From Paludibacteraceae bacterium (GTDB taxonomy: Bacteria > Bacteroidota > Bacteroidia > Bacteroidales > Paludibacteraceae): a DNA stretch of 64,000 nt. The stretch is from the NCBI GenBank assembly GCA_017450435.1, contig JAFSTO010000032.1, positions 10,420 to 74,419 of the forward strand. Direction: 5' to 3'. Under the pieces are notes generated by a model. It was not told the origin of the DNA. It made no database searches and was given only the letters and a program-made list of their open reading frames with translations. The first letter of the stretch is position 1; each line of letters starts with the position of its first letter. Positions 18,961-25,376 of the stretch are shown here, piece by piece. The translations under genes were made by a program, and so were the position numbers.

Positions 18961-21857
18961 TTAACTATAATTTTAACTCTTTGTCCGTCTTCTTGCTGCA
19001 TTATATAACAGCCTTTTTGGGGTGTTGTGGTGGGGATGCCGAGAATGGTCCAGTATGCGGCAGGTGCTTTGTCGTATTGCGGTTTTTGCGGGTAGAATGG
19101 GCAGGTTATGAATGTCTTGCCGTCAGCGGAGCGGGTCACCTCTGCCTGATAGTAGTCGCCTTCTTCAAACTCCGTTTGAGCAAGGTGTAGGTAACTGCCG
19201 TTTTCCCCGTTGAGCAGAATGCCGTTGCGATACCAACGGAAAGCGGTAAAGAGGAGGTGATAAGGTGTATAGTCCGGCGAATAGACGGCAAGGACGTTGT
19301 TCCATTTCTGTGCAAACACTTTTTCCGGTGCATACAGCATAGTCAGTGTAGCGGCCAAGGCGCAGCTGAGCGAGTGAACAGTGTCAATGAAGGTTATTTG
19401 GATGGGGTACTCGTCGGGCAGCGATGGTACAAGAGGAACAGCAATGCTCATCTCATCGCTCAACGACAGTATGCTGTCAAAGTCGGAATAGTTGATCTGG
19501 CAAAGATGTGCTTGCCCTTCATCCCGGACAAAATCCACGTGAAAGACATTATCGCCGTCGCAGGCTTCTATATTGTTGCTTAGAAGTCGGTATCGCAACG
19601 TCGGTTGCGGAATGACAGGAGTGCTGACGGTGAGAAAAAGCGTATCATAATAGACACACCCTAACGTTGAGATAAAAGTGTCAACAAGGGTTATCTCTCC
19701 TCCTGTGTCAGGCGCGATGACAATCATATCAAGGCTGTCACGGTGATGCCAATGTATGGTGTCGCCGCTTTCTGCCGCCAAACGCTCGCCCGCAATTGAA
19801 AGGTTTTCCACATATAACTGCAAGCGTAGTATCGAATCTGCCCCATACTCTGCTGTGTGGTAGTGACGAAAGTCGGTGTAGATGCCGCCTCGTAGGAAGA
19901 GATAGACAGAGTCCTCCCACTGATATGGGGTGCCGTAGCAGACGGTGTCTTTTTGTGTAATGTCGTAGGTCTGTTGGAAATGCACAACGAAATGGCACAC
20001 CGAGTCACAGCCTCTTACGCTCTGCAATGTGTCATACATTTCCACTGTTTCTGTGCCTTTGTATGTTATCCACCGGTTGCCGCATCGGACGCTATCGTTT
20101 AATGACAAGACGTGTGTCTCTTCGGTGAGTCGTGTGGGGTGGACGGTGAGTGTGAGAGTGTATATGGAGTCGGCACCAAGGTGGCTTTTATAGACCAAGG
20201 TGTCGTGATACACCCCTTCCGGCAAGTGTTTGTACCAGAGCGAGTCGTGCCATAGAGCGGAGTCGTTGTCGCAGAGGTTGAGTGTCTCGTCAAACATATA
20301 AGTAGGCGGTATCACCACTTCCACCCTGATAGGATAATCCTCCTGCGTTAGCGGACAGCCGTCGGTGCTGCTGCCGCTGACACGATAAATGCCGGCATCG
20401 GTGCTGTCAATGGCGATGTTATATACTGATGCCCCACTGTGTACCGTGCCGTCGGGAAAAGTCCAACTGACCCCCGTGAACGGAACGGAATCGAGCAGTG
20501 TGAGTCGGATAGTGTCGCCTGCCGTATAAACGGACTTGGACGACACGGGAACCATTGCTTGACTATTGTAGGCTGAGAAATAGCCGTAGGTAAAGGTGCC
20601 GCCGCCGTCGTCGATTATTGAGGCGTGAAAGGTGCCGGCAGAGTTGCTGATATGTGCTATTCCGTCGTTGGCGAACAGACCGCTTGCCACTTGTGCATAT
20701 ACCCAGTTAGGAGCGTCAGGAACAGCGGTAAAAGGAATAGTAACCTGCTGCCCGTTGATGCTGAAAGAGCCGGTGTTGGAAGGCGAGGTGAGAAGCATCA
20801 GAAGCTGGTTGTTGAAGCGTTTTTTTATCACCACCTCGCGCGAGCCGGTGCAGTTCAGGCGCGGCAGTACCGTACCGCCCAGCTCGCCGCCACGACCTGC
20901 CACCTGATAACAGACGAACTTATCGGAGCCGATGATATGGGTGATGGCTGTGGTTGGATTGATGACCACACTGCTTCCGCCGGCAAGCACCTGCTGTGCA
21001 CCACCATTGACGGAGTAACTGATCGGACGACTCGGAAAAGTGTAAAGAATGAGCTGGTCAATAAGCCCGGTGCGGTTAGCATCACTGATAGCTATATACT
21101 CGTCTCCAGCAAGTGTTTCCGGCACAATCTGTTCACCTATCAGGTCTTGTCCGGTGTCAGCGAGTGAGTCGTCGGTGGAGTTAACCACCACGGGTTTGTC
21201 TGCCGTGACGATGGTTCCGCCAAGGTGGTTAGCGGCGGATGCGTTGATAGCACGAACGGTGTATATCTGTCCGCGCTGCAGGGTGATGGTGATGGTGGTG
21301 GAAGTGGGGTTGGTGTAGGTGGTGACAGGGGTCTGTATATTCACCTGCGTGTTATCTTCGGTAGCCAGCACCTCTATTGAGGCACATGCCCCATGGGCGT
21401 TGCCGCGCTGGCGTTGTTGCGCTACGAGGAAGAGCGTGCCAAGGGCGTTCCTGCCTTTGAGAGTGTAAATCTCGCTGTTGTTATTGACCTGCGCATAATA
21501 GGCTGTTATATGCCGGTCGGAGACGATGTTGATGCCGTAGTTGCACAAGCCGCTTTGGACTGCCCGGTTGATACCACCGGATGCTACGGCTATATCAACG
21601 GATGTATGAGGTGGCAGAGTGAACTGCATTGGGGCGAAGTAGCGCGGGTCGTTCTGACGAGTAACGGCAGGCTGGGTGATGGTGACGCGGGTGGTGTCGG
21701 TGAAAGAGGTGATACACAACTTGCCGTAGCCGTCCTGCTGACTGTTATCGTGAGCATTCACAAGATATGGAACGGCAAACCAGAAGTCAGTATCTACCTG
21801 CGCAGAGACGAGAATGGGGCAGACCAGTAATATGAGAAGAAAACTGAACCGCCTCAT
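18957..21857 (-). CDS. giant secreted surface protein, paralog B (IgGFc-binding-like N-terminal domain, Ig-like unit, Cys-motif repeats, shared C-terminal module, T9SS type-A-like tail)
   Basis: SPI signal MRRFSFLLILLVCPILVSAQ. N-terminal blocks FWFAVPYL, ITAYYA, SIEVLATEDNT, LGGTIVTADKPVVVN and DLIGEQIVP are shared with the upstream gene. Tail YWTILGIPTTTPQKGCYIMQQEDGQRVKIIVK. Its ATG overlaps the upstream stop (ATGA). Coding is secure, but domain names are from memory. Confidence 0.6.
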   Translation of the reverse strand: MRRFSFLLILLVCPILVSAQVDTDFWFAVPYLVNAHDNSQQDGYGKLCITSFTDTTRVTITQPAVTRQNDPRYFAPMQFTLPPHTSVDIAVASGGINRAVQSGLCNYGINIVSDRHITAYYAQVNNNSEIYTLKGRNALGTLFLVAQQRQRGNAHGACASIEVLATEDNTQVNIQTPVTTYTNPTSTTITITLQRGQIYTVRAINASAANHLGGTIVTADKPVVVNSTDDSLADTGQDLIGEQIVPETLAGDEYIAISDANRTGLIDQLILYTFPSRPISYSVNGGAQQVLAGGSSVVINPTTAITHIIGSDKFVCYQVAGRGGELGGTVLPRLNCTGSREVVIKKRFNNQLLMLLTSPSNTGSFSINGQQVTIPFTAVPDAPNWVYAQVASGLFANDGIAHISNSAGTFHASIIDDGGGTFTYGYFSAYNSQAMVPVSSKSVYTAGDTIRLTLLDSVPFTGVSWTFPDGTVHSGASVYNIAIDSTDAGIYRVSGSSTDGCPLTQEDYPIRVEVVIPPTYMFDETLNLCDNDSALWHDSLWYKHLPEGVYHDTLVYKSHLGADSIYTLTLTVHPTRLTEETHVLSLNDSVRCGNRWITYKGTETVEMYDTLQSVRGCDSVCHFVVHFQQTYDITQKDTVCYGTPYQWEDSVYLFLRGGIYTDFRHYHTAEYGADSILRLQLYVENLSIAGERLAAESGDTIHWHHRDSLDMIVIAPDTGGEITLVDTFISTLGCVYYDTLFLTVSTPVIPQPTLRYRLLSNNIEACDGDNVFHVDFVRDEGQAHLCQINYSDFDSILSLSDEMSIAVPLVPSLPDEYPIQITFIDTVHSLSCALAATLTMLYAPEKVFAQKWNNVLAVYSPDYTPYHLLFTAFRWYRNGILLNGENGSYLHLAQTEFEEGDYYQAEVTRSADGKTFITCPFYPQKPQYDKAPAAYWTILGIPTTTPQKGCYIMQQEDGQRVKIIVK

Positions 21858-24800
21858 CGAATGATTTTTTCTGTTAATATACCACGCCGAAGAATATAGA
21901 TACCCGGTGAGGTCGGTTCAGATATTTGTATGCCTGACAGGTTATAGTATATCTGCTGTGTTCCTTGCTCTTGTATTGGCATAGGCTGTTGGGTGGTGCT
22001 TGGGTAGAAGGGACAAGTGAGTGACTGTCTGCCGTCGGCTTCGGTCAGCAGAGCCTGATAGTAATCGCCGGGACGGAACGTTTCCTGCTCATAGAGCCAC
22101 GAGCGCTCTTCCACATCCATCGGTTCGCCGTTGCGATACCAACGGAATGCAACGAAGTCGTAACCACCATTGTAGTCCTTGTTCATTACAAAGAGAATGT
22201 CATTCCAACGTTGTGCTATGACACCGGCGGGGTAGAGTACGCAGAAGTTCACTTGCTCTTCATGCGAGCCGCAGATATCGTGATTTGTTCTGATGGTAAG
22301 ACTATAGCAACCGGCTTTCGGCGCGTCAGGCAATGGCAGGATGATAGAACCGTCTTGCAGCGAAGAAATGACAGTGTCGGTAAAACCGGCAATTTTGGCT
22401 TCAGCGGAAAAAGTAACGACGAAGGCAGCCAACTCGCCTTCGGTAACGGTGATGGGGATGTCTATCGCTTTGCTGTCGCATAGTTCACCAAGGTCGTCAA
22501 GTGCCTGCCACGTAGCGCAGTCGGTGCACTCTATTGGTGTAAGCAGTTCGAAACTGACCTCGTAACTGATGTCACCGCAGATGGGGTCTGTGGTGCTGAC
22601 AGTGAGCGTATATCTGCCGGGCTCGGGTGAGGCGGTGACGGGTATCAGGAGGCTGTCTCCTATTAGCGTGAGTCCGCTGATAGAGACGAAACCTGCCGCT
22701 TCGGCTTCGGCGGAGAAACGTACGTCAAATGTCTGCACTTCGCCTGCAGTCACATCCACGGGGATAGATAGTGCGGTGAGGCTGCAGAACGAACCAAGGC
22801 TGCTGACGGTCTGCCACTCAGCGCAATCGGTACAAGCCTTGAGCGTGAGCAACTCGAAGCTGATATCGTAGCCCACCTCGCCGCAGATGCTGTCAGCTGT
22901 GAACAGCCGCAGACTATACTTGCCGGGCTCAGGCGAAACGTTAACCGGAATCCGGATGCTGTCTGCTGTAAGCGTGAGTCCGCTCATAGAGACGAAGCCT
23001 GCTGCTTCTGCCTCGGCGGAGAAGCGCACGCTAAAAGTATCAATCTCGCCGGATATGACACTCACCGGAACAACTATCTCCGTCAGGCTGCAGAACGAAC
23101 CAAGGTCGGTCACCGTTTCCCATACCGGACATTCTTTGCAAGCCTCTGCCACAACGGTGATATCTTCCGTCATTTGTATCACGGGGTAGAACGTCATTGA
23201 GCGAATGGCTATGTGTTGCGTGCTGTGGCAGGCAAGGGCTACAATGCGCAGTTCGGGTTCGGCTCCGGCGTTATAATCTTCGGGATACGGCATCACCGGC
23301 ACGGTGTAGTTGATGCTCAGTGTCAGTCCGCCGGTGCCGTTAGGCAGTGCTGTCAGCGGACTGATGCTGTCGCCTGCGATGAAGAGCAGTTTGGGTGCTA
23401 CGCTGTTGTTCTCTGATGCGAAGAGTGTGATGCGCCAGCGGTAGGTAGCGCCGGGGATGAGGTTATTCATCTGCCTGTTCCATAGCAGTACGCTGTCACC
23501 TTCCTGCACCGGCAGGTCGGTAGTGTCGGTCCATGTGACAAGTGAAGCGCCGCGACTGCCGTGCTCCGAGCTGTAAGTGACGGACGAAGAGGGGCTGACG
23601 GTGAGGGTGCGCTCCGTGGAGTCGGCAAGGAGCACGCCGTCGGCGTACCAGCGGAATGGCTTGGTGCCAACGGCTTGCAGAGTGATGGTGTCACCGGTGC
23701 ATATACGTCGCTTAGAACGGTCGCTCGTCTCGAACACGCTGACGTAGATAGAGTCCGGCAGTACGTCGCAACCCTCCTTATGAACGGCACTGACAGTGTA
23801 CATACCGCCGTCGACTGACGTGAGTGGGGCTATGAAAGGCGCAGGGTCGTCAAAACCAAAGTCGCCATGAGGACCATGCCATACGATATTCTCATACCCG
23901 TCGCCGCCGGTCAGACTAAGACGGAGAGTGTCACCAACGTAGTAGATGTTCTCGCCGGAGTGGGCAAACAAGGATATGTGTCCGAAGTTGGAGAAGAAGC
24001 CGTATGAGCATGCGCCGCCGCCGTTATCGAGTATGCCGAGGTGAAAGACACCTTTGTTGTTGGTTATGTTGAACGACTGGTAGTTATACGCAAGTGTGAG
24101 GTTGGCGCATGAGCAGTATGACCAAGTGCTGTCGCCTGCCACCGGACGAAACGAAGCGGCGGGCAGTTCGTAAGGCGAATCGTTGACAATAAAACCGTCG
24201 ATGTTCTCAGTACGCGTCAGTATAGTCACCTTAGCCTCTCTTTCCGACAGTGCCGGTACGTAGTTCACCTCCTGCGAGCCGGAGCAGTTGAGCGACGGGA
24301 GGATGGTGCCGCTCAGCTCGTTGCCGCCCTCGTTGGCTGTGAGGTGGAAAAGGATGAACGGAGAATTGTCGTCTGAGTAGAAGAGTGTGGCAACGATGTT
24401 GTTCAGTGGCACCTCGCGCGGGGCACCGGGAGCAATGTTCACAGAGGTGACGTTCACCCCGTCGGTGGTGTAGTTGACGGTGGTGGCTGAGTCAATGGCG
24501 TAGAGGTAAGCGTACTCGTGGTTGTTGCTGTTGTTGGCGGGCAGTATGTATCTGCTGCCAGCAAGGTCCACGGGAACTAACTGTTCGCCAATGAGGTCCT
24601 TGTCATTTCCCGTTGTGGCAGAGTCGTCAGACGTGTTGACGGCTACTGGTTTGTCGGCAGTGACAATAGTGCCGCCAAGGTGCTCGTTAGCGGGAGTGTT
24701 GGCTGTGCGTGAACGCAAGGCATAGCTCTCACCGCGGTTTAGGGTGACGGTGACGGTGCCGGGAGTGGCGTTAACGTTGGTAGCTACCGGACAGTCGATA

Positions 24801-25309
24801 GTAACGGTAGTGTTGTCCTCTGTTGCAACCACCTCTATCGAAGCGTATGCTCCGTCGGTGTGGTTGCAGGCGTGACGCCACTGCTGGGGTACAACGAAAT
24901 GTGTGCCTAACCCGTGGGCACCCTTGAGGGCATAAACCTCAGAGTTAGGTGCAGTGGTGGCATAGTAGGCGGTGATATCGGCATCGGAGGTGATGAGAAT
25001 GCCGGTGTTGTGGACTTGTCCGTCGGCGCGGGTCTCAATGTTCTGCTTATAATTGTTCTGATTGCGAAGCGAGAAGGTGAAGGTGCTGTGCGCATTGACG
25101 CGCCGGGCGGCAAGCAGTGTTCTTCCCGCTGCCGGCTGCGTGATACTGACTGTGGCGGCTTCGTCGTAGGCTACTATAACGAGGTTGATGTTGTCAGGAG
25201 TGTGGCTCGTTGTGAGGTAAGGTGCGGCGAACCAAAAACTGCGGTCAACCTGCGCATGAGTAACCACCGCTACAAGCATAAACAGTAATATATGGAAGAC
25301 TCTTTTCAT
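21854..25309 (-). CDS. giant secreted surface protein, paralog A (IgGFc-binding-like N-terminal domain, Ig-like units, 3 tandem ~102-aa repeats, shared C-terminal module, T9SS type-A-like tail)
   Basis: SPI signal MKRVFHILLFMLVAVVTHAQ. Blocks FWFAAPYL, ITAYYA, SIEVVATEDNT, LGGTIVTADKPVAVN, DLIGEQLVP. Tail IYYNLSGIQISEPTSPGIYILRRGILTEKIIR. Confidence 0.6.
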   Translation of the reverse strand: MKRVFHILLFMLVAVVTHAQVDRSFWFAAPYLTTSHTPDNINLVIVAYDEAATVSITQPAAGRTLLAARRVNAHSTFTFSLRNQNNYKQNIETRADGQVHNTGILITSDADITAYYATTAPNSEVYALKGAHGLGTHFVVPQQWRHACNHTDGAYASIEVVATEDNTTVTIDCPVATNVNATPGTVTVTLNRGESYALRSRTANTPANEHLGGTIVTADKPVAVNTSDDSATTGNDKDLIGEQLVPVDLAGSRYILPANNSNNHEYAYLYAIDSATTVNYTTDGVNVTSVNIAPGAPREVPLNNIVATLFYSDDNSPFILFHLTANEGGNELSGTILPSLNCSGSQEVNYVPALSEREAKVTILTRTENIDGFIVNDSPYELPAASFRPVAGDSTWSYCSCANLTLAYNYQSFNITNNKGVFHLGILDNGGGACSYGFFSNFGHISLFAHSGENIYYVGDTLRLSLTGGDGYENIVWHGPHGDFGFDDPAPFIAPLTSVDGGMYTVSAVHKEGCDVLPDSIYVSVFETSDRSKRRICTGDTITLQAVGTKPFRWYADGVLLADSTERTLTVSPSSSVTYSSEHGSRGASLVTWTDTTDLPVQEGDSVLLWNRQMNNLIPGATYRWRITLFASENNSVAPKLLFIAGDSISPLTALPNGTGGLTLSINYTVPVMPYPEDYNAGAEPELRIVALACHSTQHIAIRSMTFYPVIQMTEDITVVAEACKECPVWETVTDLGSFCSLTEIVVPVSVISGEIDTFSVRFSAEAEAAGFVSMSGLTLTADSIRIPVNVSPEPGKYSLRLFTADSICGEVGYDISFELLTLKACTDCAEWQTVSSLGSFCSLTALSIPVDVTAGEVQTFDVRFSAEAEAAGFVSISGLTLIGDSLLIPVTASPEPGRYTLTVSTTDPICGDISYEVSFELLTPIECTDCATWQALDDLGELCDSKAIDIPITVTEGELAAFVVTFSAEAKIAGFTDTVISSLQDGSIILPLPDAPKAGCYSLTIRTNHDICGSHEEQVNFCVLYPAGVIAQRWNDILFVMNKDYNGGYDFVAFRWYRNGEPMDVEERSWLYEQETFRPGDYYQALLTEADGRQSLTCPFYPSTTQQPMPIQEQGTQQIYYNLSGIQISEPTSPGIYILRRGILTEKIIR
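22229..23143 (-). repeat. three tandem in-frame coding repeats (periods 309 and 306 nt) inside the 1151-aa gene
   Basis: aa 723-825, 826-927 and 928-1027 each read C-x2-C...W...LG.(F)C...IP(V/I).V..GE...F.V.FSAEA..AGF...PEPG.Y(S/T)L...D.ICG...F.(L)L. Copies 1 and 2 are also visibly similar at DNA level. The antisense ORFs 22569-22871 and 22887-23189 mirror each other. Confidence 0.85.
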
Positions 25310-25316
25310 GAATTAT

Positions 25317-25376
25317 GTTCATTGTCACTTAGTACTTAGTCACTTGGTACTTAGTCACTTGGTTACTTGGTCACTT
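25317..25376 (-). repeat. eight 7-8-nt periodic units (+ strand GTTCATT GTCACTT AGTACTT AGTCACTT GGTACTT AGTCACTT GGTTACTT GGTCACTT) in the leader of the 1151-aa gene
   Basis: Read directly. The tract spans the entire 61-nt gap and overlaps the stop and last codon of the 751-aa gene. Confidence 0.7.
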
